In this document: in pieces, positions 20,041-28,111 of the stretch
How the letters are laid out: every line of letters starts with the position of its first letter
How positions within the stretch are numbered: the stretch's first letter is position 1
Source of the DNA: Nitrospinota bacterium
GTDB taxonomy: Bacteria; Nitrospinota; Nitrospinia; UBA9942
NCBI GenBank assembly: GCA_016194325.1
Contig: JACQBS010000105.1
Coordinates: 9,419 to 73,418, forward strand
Direction: 5' to 3'
Length of the DNA stretch: 64,000 bases
Notes under the pieces: generated by a model
The model's input: the letters and a program-made list of their open reading frames with translations, nothing else
Database searches by the model: none
What the model was told of the DNA's origin: nothing
Translations under genes and position numbers: made by a program

Positions 20041-21885
20041 TTGGGAGGATTTATGGAAAAGAGGATTAGAGTTCTTGCAAGGATTAAGGAGAGTCAGGCA
20101 GAATCTAAGGAGTTAGTGAAAACGAGATGCAAATCAAAAGAGATGTTTTATTCATCTGACCCCGATGCTGAATGGTATAAAAAGAATATACCATGTATGG
20201 ACGCATGCCCAGCAAATACCCGCGTCCCTGAATATCTTGATTCCATATCCCGTGGAGATTTTGATAAGACCTATCTTATAAACAGGATTGACAATGTCTT
20301 CCCGCATACCCTCGGAAGGGTATGTTCCCATCCATGTGAGACAGCATGCAGGCACGGTTTTGAGGGGCTTGGAGACCCTGTATCAATCTGCTGGCTAAAG
20401 AGGGTTGGCGGAGACTATAAGAGTAAAGAGAAGATAAAACTACAGACTGTAAAGAAAAAGACTGGTAAAAAGGTTGCAGTTATTGGTGCAGGTCCGGCAG
20501 GGCTTGCATTGGCAAACGATTTAGCCCTTCTGGGACACAATGTAACTGTATATGAGGCACTTCCAATTGCAGGGGGTATGTTATACAGCGGCATTCCTGC
20601 CTTCAGGCTCCCAAGGACTTTAATACAACAGGAAATAAAAGACATTACAGATTTAGGTGTAGAGCTTAAATTGAATACAAGAATCGGCAAGGAGATAACC
20701 CTTCAACAGTTAAAAGAGGGGAATGATGCAGTTTGTATAACAACAGGATGTATGGTGCCTGTAAAGCTGAATGTGCCGGGGGAGGATTATCATGGTCTAA
20801 TACCAGGGCTTGATTTTATGATACAGGTCAATACAGGAAAACTTAAGGGTTTGAGAGGAACAGTAGTTGTAATCGGCGGAGGGTTTACTGCAATGGACTG
20901 TTCAAGGACTGCCTTGAGACTCGGTGCAGAAAAATCAATCGTAATATACAGAAGGACGAGAAATGAGATGCTTGTTGATGAGAGGGAATTAAAGGAGACA
21001 TCCCTTGAAGGTGTAGAATTTCAGTTTCTTGTTGCACCTGTAAAAATAATTTCAAAAGATGGAGAAAGGGTATCGGAGATAGAGTGTATAAAAAATAAAT
21101 TGGGCGAACCGGGGGCGGATGGAAGAAAGAAACCTGTTCCAATAGAAGACTCAAACTTTAAAATCAAGGCAGACTGGATTATACCTGCAGTCAGCCAGCA
21201 ATCAGACCCATCACTCCTCCCTTCAAAATTAAATATAAAAACTGAAAAGGGGATGGCAGCAGTGGACAGGAAGACATATATGACTTCTGAAAAGGGAATA
21301 TTTGCATGCGGTGATTTTATATCAGGGCCAAGAAACATAATAAGTGTAATAGGCGAGGCGCATAATGTTGCCAAAGCCATAGACCTCTATCTGATGGAAA
21401 GGGAGAGGACAAGAGAAAAGGTTACACGGACAGTCTATAAACAGAGTGGAATGCGAAGTATTACACAATGGAAGGTGAATAATCAGGATATTTATGATGT
21501 AATACCGAGAAAGGAGATACCATCCCTCAAGAAGGAGCAGAGGACAGGCTTGGAAAAAGAGGTGGATTTAGGATACAGGATGGAGACAGGGGAGATGCAG
21601 GCGGACAGGTGTTACCTATGCAATCATAATATCCAGATAAATGGGGATGAATGTATACTCTGTGCAAATTGCGTAGATGTATGTCCGCTTGACTGTATAA
21701 AGATGGCAAGAAAAGATAAGGTCATGGTTAAAAATGGCGGGGATTATAAAAGCGAGAACCTTGATGTCTTCTATATGCTTATTGACGAGGAGAAGTGTAT
21801 CAGATGCGGACTCTGTCTTGATGTATGCCCGACCGCATGCCTCTATATGGAAAAGTTTCAATTTGAAAAAGAATTTGTTGAATAA
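20041..21885 (+). CDS. GltD-family NAD(P)H-dependent FAD oxidoreductase (glutamate synthase small-subunit / sulfide dehydrogenase-like) with C-terminal 2x[4Fe-4S] ferredoxin domain
   Basis: VAVIGAGPAGLA dinucleotide motif, a second GGG Rossmann motif, N-terminal Cys cluster, C-terminal CxxCxxCxxxCP x2. Confidence 0.7.
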   Translation: MGGFMEKRIRVLARIKESQAESKELVKTRCKSKEMFYSSDPDAEWYKKNIPCMDACPANTRVPEYLDSISRGDFDKTYLINRIDNVFPHTLGRVCSHPCETACRHGFEGLGDPVSICWLKRVGGDYKSKEKIKLQTVKKKTGKKVAVIGAGPAGLALANDLALLGHNVTVYEALPIAGGMLYSGIPAFRLPRTLIQQEIKDITDLGVELKLNTRIGKEITLQQLKEGNDAVCITTGCMVPVKLNVPGEDYHGLIPGLDFMIQVNTGKLKGLRGTVVVIGGGFTAMDCSRTALRLGAEKSIVIYRRTRNEMLVDERELKETSLEGVEFQFLVAPVKIISKDGERVSEIECIKNKLGEPGADGRKKPVPIEDSNFKIKADWIIPAVSQQSDPSLLPSKLNIKTEKGMAAVDRKTYMTSEKGIFACGDFISGPRNIISVIGEAHNVAKAIDLYLMERERTREKVTRTVYKQSGMRSITQWKVNNQDIYDVIPRKEIPSLKKEQRTGLEKEVDLGYRMETGEMQADRCYLCNHNIQINGDECILCANCVDVCPLDCIKMARKDKVMVKNGGDYKSENLDVFYMLIDEEKCIRCGLCLDVCPTACLYMEKFQFEKEFVE

Positions 21886-21891
21886 AAATAG

Positions 21892-22047
21892 GAACACGAA
21901 TTACACTAATATACGAATGGCACGAATAAAAAAAGTCAAAGGTCAAAATGCAAAAATCAAATAGAGGTATTTATTGTTAAAATAATTCCATAATTTTAAT
22001 CTTTGATTTCCATTTGTGTAATTTGTCCATTCGTGTTATTCGTGTTC
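21892..22047. repeat. MITE/REP-like element (GAACACGAAT ... ATTCGTGTTC terminal inverted repeats) followed by a T-run; likely doubles as the terminator of the upstream gene
   Basis: Read directly; related to the 18691-18785 element. Confidence 0.5.
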
Positions 22048-22067
22048 AAGTTTTTTGTTTTTTTATT

Positions 22068-22580
22068 ATGTCACTACTTGATATTATTAAGGGCAGGAGA
22101 AGCATAAGGGAGTTTAAGAAGAAAGAAATCCCGGAGGATGTAATTGAGAAATTGATAGATGCAATAATCTGGGCTCCGAGTGCTGGAAATCTGCAATCAA
22201 GATTCTTTTATTTTGTATTTAATCCGGAAATAAAGAAAAAACTCGTAAGGGCTGCATTTGACCAGGAGTTTATAGCATTCGCCCCTCTTTCAATAATCGG
22301 CTGCTGTGATTACCGCATCAGCCAGAGATATGGAAATAGAGGGAAGGAATTATACACAATACAGGATGTTGCAGTAAGCATACAAAACCTCATGCTCACA
22401 GCTTATGAGCAGGGGCTTGGGAGTGTATGGGTCGGTGCATTCAGGGAAGAAGATGTAAGAGAGATTCTCAACATGCCACCGCACTTAAGGCCTGTTGCCA
22501 TTGTCCCAATCGGTTATCCTGACGAAGAACCTCTCCCGCCGGAAAGGGTATCAAGAGACAAGGCAATAAAGATTGTTTAA
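22068..22580 (+). CDS. Nitroreductase family protein
   Basis: RRSIREF and APSAGNLQ motifs; start moved to the Met at 22068 because the upstream part of the tracked ORF overlaps the repeat element. Confidence 0.75.
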   Translation: MSLLDIIKGRRSIREFKKKEIPEDVIEKLIDAIIWAPSAGNLQSRFFYFVFNPEIKKKLVRAAFDQEFIAFAPLSIIGCCDYRISQRYGNRGKELYTIQDVAVSIQNLMLTAYEQGLGSVWVGAFREEDVREILNMPPHLRPVAIVPIGYPDEEPLPPERVSRDKAIKIV

Positions 22581-22942
22581 GATGATGTGAGGTGAACTTT
22601 AACTATGGTTTCCGTTTAAGAAAAGAGGGATAAAAAGCAGCCTGTCTCCTTTTTTTAGATGCTAAAGGGTTATGGAAAAAGACATACAGAGAATATGTCA
22701 GAAATTGAGCAGACTTTTGACCTCTTTAGTTCCTTTGGGATATTGAGTATGAACACTTATCCTCTTTTCTGTCTATCACTCAAAAAGTAATGATAGTTGT
22801 TCATTACAAAAAAAAACCAGACAAATTCCAGAATAGCATTAGACAAATTACAGGATAACCCTTTACAATTTTACAAGCGTGTTTTACTCTGCCTTGGCGT
22901 GTTTTAGCGTGTTTTTTGTCATATTATTGACATCAAAAGGCT

Positions 22943-23710
22943 TCAAAAGTTCATTATGAGTAATTCTGTAACTTTTTGTTTTTTATCTACCCCTCCAATA
23001 TTATACATTGTTTCAACTTTTTTGATATTAAAATCCTTATATAGTTCTCTTATCTCTTTCGTATTATTAATAGACATTATAAATTTACCTGAGATTGACT
23101 TCAAGATGTCTCTTATCTTAACGAAGTCATCCTTATAGAATATGCCTTTTCCATAATATCCTTCACAGTCATAATAGGGAGGATCGAGGTAAAAAAATGT
23201 GTGAGCCTTATCGTATCGTTCTATCAATTTTTCATAATGCATATTCTCAATAAATACCCTTACAAGTCTGAGATGGGCAGCAGAAAGTTCCTCCTCTATT
23301 CTTAATAAATTAAGTCTTGATGGTCTAACTGTTGAGCTTGTAAATGTTGGATTATCTACTCTGCTGGCATATCCTGTCTTCAAGAGATAATAGAACCTTA
23401 CTGCCCTCTGTATGTCTGTCAGTGTGCTGGGATTTTCATCTTTAAATCTTTGAAACTCATCTCTTGCAACCAGTATCCACCTAAAAAATCTTATAAATTC
23501 GTCTAAGTGGTGTTTTACTACCCGATAAAGAGTCACAAGGTTTTTATTGATGTCATTTAGAACTTCAACATCAGACTCGTCTTTTTTAAACAGTAGCCAT
23601 GCTGCACCTGCGAATACTTCACAGTAACAGGTATGTTTTGGAATTAGCGGAATAATCTTATTTGAAATGATAGATTTCCCTCCTAAATACGATAAAAAAC
23701 TTTTTCTCAT
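22943..23710 (-). CDS. Dam-family (D12 class) N6-adenine DNA methyltransferase
   Basis: N-terminal FLSYLGGK, motif I EVFAGAAW, C-terminal DPPY catalytic motif. Start set at MRKSF (23710), which avoids overlap with the RT. Confidence 0.75.
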   Translation of the reverse strand: MRKSFLSYLGGKSIISNKIIPLIPKHTCYCEVFAGAAWLLFKKDESDVEVLNDINKNLVTLYRVVKHHLDEFIRFFRWILVARDEFQRFKDENPSTLTDIQRAVRFYYLLKTGYASRVDNPTFTSSTVRPSRLNLLRIEEELSAAHLRLVRVFIENMHYEKLIERYDKAHTFFYLDPPYYDCEGYYGKGIFYKDDFVKIRDILKSISGKFIMSINNTKEIRELYKDFNIKKVETMYNIGGVDKKQKVTELLIMNF

Positions 23711-23723
23711 TGTATCTCCCTCC

Positions 23724-24746
23724 CTAATTTTTGCTAAATGTAATACCACCAAAAACTCTTTTCACTACATTATAGCTATTAGAATGTTTTACATGCCCAA
23801 GCCATGAGGTTATAGATTGTTTAATCTTTTCGAGTGTTATTTTATTGTGTTTATATAACTCCACAAACTTTTTGAGTTTTCTCCGCATTCTTATGAAGCT
23901 CCTTTTTCTTAAGAGCCTATGAGTTGGCCATGTGCGATATCCTACAAAGTCAACCCCATGAGAAATAGGAAAAACAGAGGTTTTATAATTTAGCTGAAGC
24001 CGTAATGTGTGCATTAAAAAGTCACCTATTTCTACTTTCCATAAGTGCAGTTGCTTTTTATTGCTGTGTAACAACACAAAGTCGTCCATATACCTGATAT
24101 AAAATTTAACCTGCAGTTTCTCCTTTACGAAATGGTCAAGCTCATTCAGATACACATTTGCAAATAACTGACTTGTCAGATTTCCTATTGGGAGTCCCTT
24201 ATCTCCATCCGCACTATCTACAATCTCATCAATAAGCATTAGTGTCCTTTTGCATCTTATTGTCCTTCTAATTATGTTCTTCAATGCCTCATGATCTACG
24301 GAGGGAAAGAATTTCGATATATCGGCTTTCAGACAATAAACGGTATTCCATTTTCGTTGCGCCCTCCTTAGAAACTCTACAAGCCTATTAGATGATGCAT
24401 GTGTACCTTTTTTACTTCTACACGCATAAGAGTCATTAATAAACTTCTTTTCAAGAAGTGGCTCTATAACAGTGCATAAGGCATGGTGGATAACTCTATC
24501 CCTAAATGGTAATGCCGAAATCACTCTTCTCTTTGGTTCATGTATAACGAACTTCCTGTATTGCCCTGTTTTGTAACCACCATTCATCAATTCACTCTGT
24601 AAAACAAACAATTCCTCCTCTATATTGCTACTGAATTCTAACACCTCCTTCTTATATCGCTTACAGCGTCTCGCTTTGAGGTATGCATTATAGAGATTGT
24701 CAAAGGTATATATCTTTTCAAACAAGGCATTATATGTTTTAGGCAT
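23724..24746 (-). CDS. Diversity-generating retroelement (DGR) reverse transcriptase
   Basis: RT motifs 1-7 including YMDD (YIRYMDDFVLL) and the DGR-specific motif 4 LPIGNLTSQLFANVYL. 340 aa, no maturase or endonuclease domain; lies next to the TR. Confidence 0.85.
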   Translation of the reverse strand: MPKTYNALFEKIYTFDNLYNAYLKARRCKRYKKEVLEFSSNIEEELFVLQSELMNGGYKTGQYRKFVIHEPKRRVISALPFRDRVIHHALCTVIEPLLEKKFINDSYACRSKKGTHASSNRLVEFLRRAQRKWNTVYCLKADISKFFPSVDHEALKNIIRRTIRCKRTLMLIDEIVDSADGDKGLPIGNLTSQLFANVYLNELDHFVKEKLQVKFYIRYMDDFVLLHSNKKQLHLWKVEIGDFLMHTLRLQLNYKTSVFPISHGVDFVGYRTWPTHRLLRKRSFIRMRRKLKKFVELYKHNKITLEKIKQSITSWLGHVKHSNSYNVVKRVFGGITFSKN

Positions 24747-24758
24747 ACAATCTCCTTG

Positions 24759-24950
24759 TCATTTAAATTTTCTTTTGATTGATACATCTAAATCAGTAAC
24801 TCCTCCCTGATTCAAATTAATCTCCAAGATCAATTTGCCTGTGAAATTTTTAACATCCTCTTTTATAACTTTATATTTATTCATATCCTCAATACATCTA
24901 ATCAAAGTTTTCTTCCATTCTTTTTCTTTACCCTCCATTGTGTCCTCCAA
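24759..24950 (-). CDS. Small hypothetical protein between the TR spacer and the RT
   Basis: 63-aa ORF only; no recognizable motif. Confidence 0.2.
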   Translation of the reverse strand: MEDTMEGKEKEWKKTLIRCIEDMNKYKVIKEDVKNFTGKLILEINLNQGGVTDLDVSIKRKFK

Positions 24951-24959
24951 AAATAAAAA

Positions 24960-25255
24960 AACCCAAACTAAAGCCGAAAACGGCTTTTGGGGTCTGATAG
25001 CTCTCCGATAGAAGTTATCAGCTAACCAACCGTTAACAGCTTTACTTTGGGTTTAATAGCTCTCCACAATGGAGTTATTAACTAACCAACTAAATTATGC
25101 GGCCAGTGCAATTTTATGGACTTCCCCTACTCATTGCACATAGCCTCTACAATTTTTGCCTCTGGCTTTCGCCTCGGCAGGGATTAAGAGCCTGACTGTA
25201 TTGCTGTCACTGGTGATAACTCCGTAGAGTCATCATCTCTTAAAAGTTTTAACAC
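24960..25255 (-). ncRNA. Putative structured DGR RNA segment downstream of the TR (duplicated about 47-nt hairpin units plus an AAAGCCGAAAACGGCTTT hairpin)
   Basis: Two about 80 percent identical units at 24989-25036 and 25049-25095, each internally palindromic; hairpin at 24971-24988. Confidence 0.35.
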
Positions 25256-25367
25256 AGTCACAGGCGAAGCGAGCGCCAATATTCGTATTCACATTCCACG
25301 GATAGTTGTTCAGATTGACGCACCGAGAACCAGCGATTACGCCATTATTCCAGTTGCCGCCAGCAAT
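25256..25367 (-). repeat. DGR template repeat (TR), 112 bp
   Basis: Matches 25767-25878 at 104 of 112 positions. All 8 mismatches lie at adenines of this copy on the minus/coding strand. It is non-coding and sits directly after the avd stop. Confidence 0.85.
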
Positions 25368-25371
25368 GCTC

Positions 25372-25704
25372 TTAACCCACACTTTTAATCCATCCTCCCA
25401 ATAACCTCCCTATTTCCGCTATAAGCTTACCGCTATGCTCATAACTCTTATGTGATAAATGTTTCCTGTCATGAGCAAACCTTATCAAAAACTTTAATTC
25501 CTCTAATTTTACATCAATGTCATACATCAGGGGCTTTTTATTCCTACTTTTATTAGTTCTGATAATTCCCCTTGCAATATCAAGCACACAGTTTTTAATA
25601 TGTGTGCATAGGACAAACTTTTCATACTTTGGAAATTTATCAACGATAGGGAAAAAATATAATGCAAAGTCATAAACCTTCTGATATATAATCAAATTTT
25701 CCAT
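25372..25704 (-). CDS. avd: Accessory variability determinant (Avd-like) small basic helical protein
   Basis: 110 aa, basic, predicted helical bundle; canonical position between the target gene and the TR. Confidence 0.6.
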   Translation of the reverse strand: MENLIIYQKVYDFALYFFPIVDKFPKYEKFVLCTHIKNCVLDIARGIIRTNKSRNKKPLMYDIDVKLEELKFLIRFAHDRKHLSHKSYEHSGKLIAEIGRLLGGWIKSVG

Positions 25705-25758
25705 GTAATCATTATAGTATATCCCCCCCTATATTCAAAAAATATTTCAGAGAACAGA

Positions 25759-26841
25759 TTACAGAGAGTCACAGGCGAAGCGAGCGCCAATAGTCGTATT
25801 CACATTCCACGGATAGTAGTACAGATTGACGCACCGAGAACCAGCGATAACGCCACTACTCCAGTCGCCGCCAGCAAGCAACATAACCAACTCAATGTTC
25901 GAATACATATATAGCTGACCCGCATTCATGCCCGGCATTACATCATAATAATTCCACCCGACAGTACCATCTGGTCTTATTATGAAGCAGTCAATCCACT
26001 CCCACACATTACCAACGCAGTCTACAACATTGAGAAGACTAATTGCATTAGCTACATAACCTGTGTTTTGTCTACCCGTGTTAGTTGTTGCAGACCACGC
26101 ATTTACATTATCTCCATTATTACCCTGTGGTGAGCCGTGGGCTATCTGCAGCCATTCTGCATGGGTCGGAAGCCTTTTTCCCGACCTGCGGGCCATTTCA
26201 ATAAAATTGTAACCAGACAATCCTTCTGTCCCTGTCAGTGGTATAGCATTATAGATACTTTTAGCTGTGCCGGTAAGTATGGGAGAACCGCTTCCTGCTG
26301 CGAAAGTAATCGCCTCATCAACTGAGGAGAGGTAAATATCCACCCATACACCGTTACCCAAATATACCATACCCTCCGGGCTGCAGCGTGGTTTATGGCA
26401 TAAATCCCAGACAGAATTTGGAACCACTACGCCGCTTGTTACATCTGCGACTGTAATACTATTTCTTTTCCTCCCATAGTGGAATCCGCCGATTCTACGG
26501 GAGTTCGTGGTGGTATATCCACTCGGAGCAGTAGAGTTTGCTGATATGAGCAATAATCCGTTGTCAGTGCCATTATCACAGAGATATATATAGTAGTTTA
26601 TGCCGAGGGTTAATACACCTGTATCAAGTGTCGTTACTTCGGTGTCTGTTGCAAACAGATATGCTTTCCGTGTAGAGCCACTTATTAATGAGAGGATAGT
26701 GTCTGCTTTGACTACGACCCCATTCCCTGTTGCGTTTGCCTCAAGATATTTATTTGAGATTCCCGGTCTTATATCAAGCGGGCGCATTAAAAAGACATCA
26801 TTTATTGGATATGCTGGATCATTTTTCCATATTAGTGACAT
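25759..26841 (-). CDS. DGR target protein: phage receptor-binding / tail-fiber-associated protein with C-terminal C-type-lectin (FGE-like) fold carrying the VR
   Basis: C-terminal HAEW...GNVWEWI...GGDW...RCVNLYYYPWNVNTTIGARFACD matches the FGE/CLec DGR-VR scaffold. The VR occupies the last 40 codons. Confidence 0.8.
   Translation of the reverse strand: MSLIWKNDPAYPINDVFLMRPLDIRPGISNKYLEANATGNGVVVKADTILSLISGSTRKAYLFATDTEVTTLDTGVLTLGINYYIYLCDNGTDNGLLLISANSTAPSGYTTTNSRRIGGFHYGRKRNSITVADVTSGVVVPNSVWDLCHKPRCSPEGMVYLGNGVWVDIYLSSVDEAITFAAGSGSPILTGTAKSIYNAIPLTGTEGLSGYNFIEMARRSGKRLPTHAEWLQIAHGSPQGNNGDNVNAWSATTNTGRQNTGYVANAISLLNVVDCVGNVWEWIDCFIIRPDGTVGWNYYDVMPGMNAGQLYMYSNIELVMLLAGGDWSSGVIAGSRCVNLYYYPWNVNTTIGARFACDSL
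25767..25878 (-). repeat. DGR variable repeat (VR) with GC-rich IMH at its 3' end
   Basis: Partner of the TR. The substitutions convert TR AAC/AAT (Asn) codons to TAC and similar. The GGCGCTCGCTTCGCC segment is conserved in both copies; the flanking 3' sequences differ (IMH vs IMH*). Confidence 0.85.
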
Positions 26842-26853
26842 GGTTTCCTCCTT

Positions 26854-27171
26854 TTATAATTGGTTAATAAGGTTTTCGAGTTCTGCTTTTGTAAATCCCA
26901 TTTGCAGAAATCTTGCATTTGGATTATCCACAAACTCAAAACAGATATATTTTGTCTGCCCTGCAGTATCTATTTCTGTTATAACCTTTTCATTCGAGAG
27001 TGGTATGTATGTAGATGCCACCTCCGATTTAAAACTCCAGATTTTCTCATCCGAAAACAAATCCTGCAGCTTCTTTTTAAGCTCTGCACTGTCAATCTCT
27101 CCAGTAAGTGCAAGGGCATGACAGGTCTCAACATCTACCCTTGTGTTTAAAACGCTTGGTATTCCTCTCAT
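26854..27171 (-). CDS. Hypothetical phage protein between the tail fiber and the DGR target
   Basis: ORF only. Confidence 0.3.
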   Translation of the reverse strand: MRGIPSVLNTRVDVETCHALALTGEIDSAELKKKLQDLFSDEKIWSFKSEVASTYIPLSNEKVITEIDTAGQTKYICFEFVDNPNARFLQMGFTKAELENLINQL

Positions 27172-27184
27172 AGTTTTACCTCCT

Positions 27185-28111
27185 TTAAATTAAAATTACT
27201 GCCTTGCCTGTTTGAGGCGTGGCAAAATATATTTTAAGATTATTGCTGTCAACTTTTCTTGTTTTTGTATATGAAATTTCTGTGTAATCTAACACAGTCC
27301 CCGATATTATTCCGTCTCCGCAGTAACTCCCATCTCCACAGTAACTCCCGTCTCCGCAAAAACCACTTGCGTAATATGTCTCTGCTGCGGATTCTGAGAA
27401 GACTTTTACTACCGGGATATTCGGAGTATTGAGGTTGTGTATTATGCTCCATTTGTCTAATGCTGTATCTTGAATATATTCTATCCGTTTTGAAATTCCT
27501 GAATGAGCATTGGGATCACCGTTGTGGACATTAATAGCTGAGCCTATTTGAGCAGGGATATTATGCTCGGTTGTATTTTGTTTATGAGAGTCAAGGGAGT
27601 TCCTTATGTCCTGGTGAGATGCAGCCGATACATCATGATTCTGAATATCCTTTTTAGTTGCAATCACAACTGTATCTGATATAACGGCAGTTACATTCTG
27701 TGTATTCGCTACAACAGTGAAAATATCGGTAACATTCTCAATAAGGGTTACGCCGGCAACAGGTATGTAATCAGCCTTATTCCCTGCGGAGGTCACGGCA
27801 TAGAGGATTTCTCCTAAATCAGGGTCATTTGCAAATATCCCTATTTCACGAATGAAAAAGCCTGCGGTCAGCCCTGTATTCGTCAGGACAAATCTGAGTT
27901 TTGATGTCCCGTCACCAGCAACTTCCAGAGATTGAATTGCCAGACTCTTTTTCTCGCTTATAAGTGCGGTTAAAATTGTTGGATCCTGTCCAGTGGTCCA
28001 CGCTCCATCTCCTATTCCAATCCGTGTGAATTGCAGTGTAACACCTGTCTGTGCCTTTGCCAACAGGTTTCTCCCTCTATTTGTTAATATGGTGCCGCTG
28101 AAATCACCCAT
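27185..28111 (-). CDS. Phage tail fiber protein (putative) with an internal (GDGSYC)3 repeat
   Basis: Position after the baseplate gpI/gpJ genes; Gly/Thr-rich; tandem repeat. Confidence 0.45.
   Translation of the reverse strand: MGDFSGTILTNRGRNLLAKAQTGVTLQFTRIGIGDGAWTTGQDPTILTALISEKKSLAIQSLEVAGDGTSKLRFVLTNTGLTAGFFIREIGIFANDPDLGEILYAVTSAGNKADYIPVAGVTLIENVTDIFTVVANTQNVTAVISDTVVIATKKDIQNHDVSAASHQDIRNSLDSHKQNTTEHNIPAQIGSAINVHNGDPNAHSGISKRIEYIQDTALDKWSIIHNLNTPNIPVVKVFSESAAETYYASGFCGDGSYCGDGSYCGDGIISGTVLDYTEISYTKTRKVDSNNLKIYFATPQTGKAVILI
27313..27360. repeat. 18-bp tandem repeat (about 2.7 copies) inside the tail fiber gene encoding GDGSYC units
   Basis: Read directly: CGTCTCCGCAGTAACTCC / CATCTCCACAGTAACTCC / CGTCTCCGCAAAAACC. 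Confidence 0.7.

Noticed and set aside
22014-22067. Upstream 18 codons of the tracked nitroreductase ORF
   Set aside because: They overlap the MITE-like inverted repeat and encode an implausible hydrophobic leader. The Met at 22068 precedes the conserved nitroreductase N-terminus.
22581-22942. A tRNA gene as the integration site at the prophage boundary
   Set aside because: No cloverleaf-compatible sequence or conserved tRNA boxes were seen. The phage has a DDE transposase rather than an integrase, so tRNA targeting is not expected.
23724-24746. RT as a retron or group II intron reverse transcriptase
   Set aside because: No maturase or endonuclease domain and no intron RNA domains. Motif 4 has the DGR-specific SQ. 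A TR/VR pair with adenine-only mismatches and an avd-like gene are present.
25767-25878. The copy inside the ORF being the template and the intergenic copy the variable one
   Set aside because: Mismatch positions are uniformly A on the coding strand of the intergenic copy but a mix of bases in the ORF copy. Only TR-to-VR direction is consistent with A-to-N mutagenesis. The VR must also be coding.
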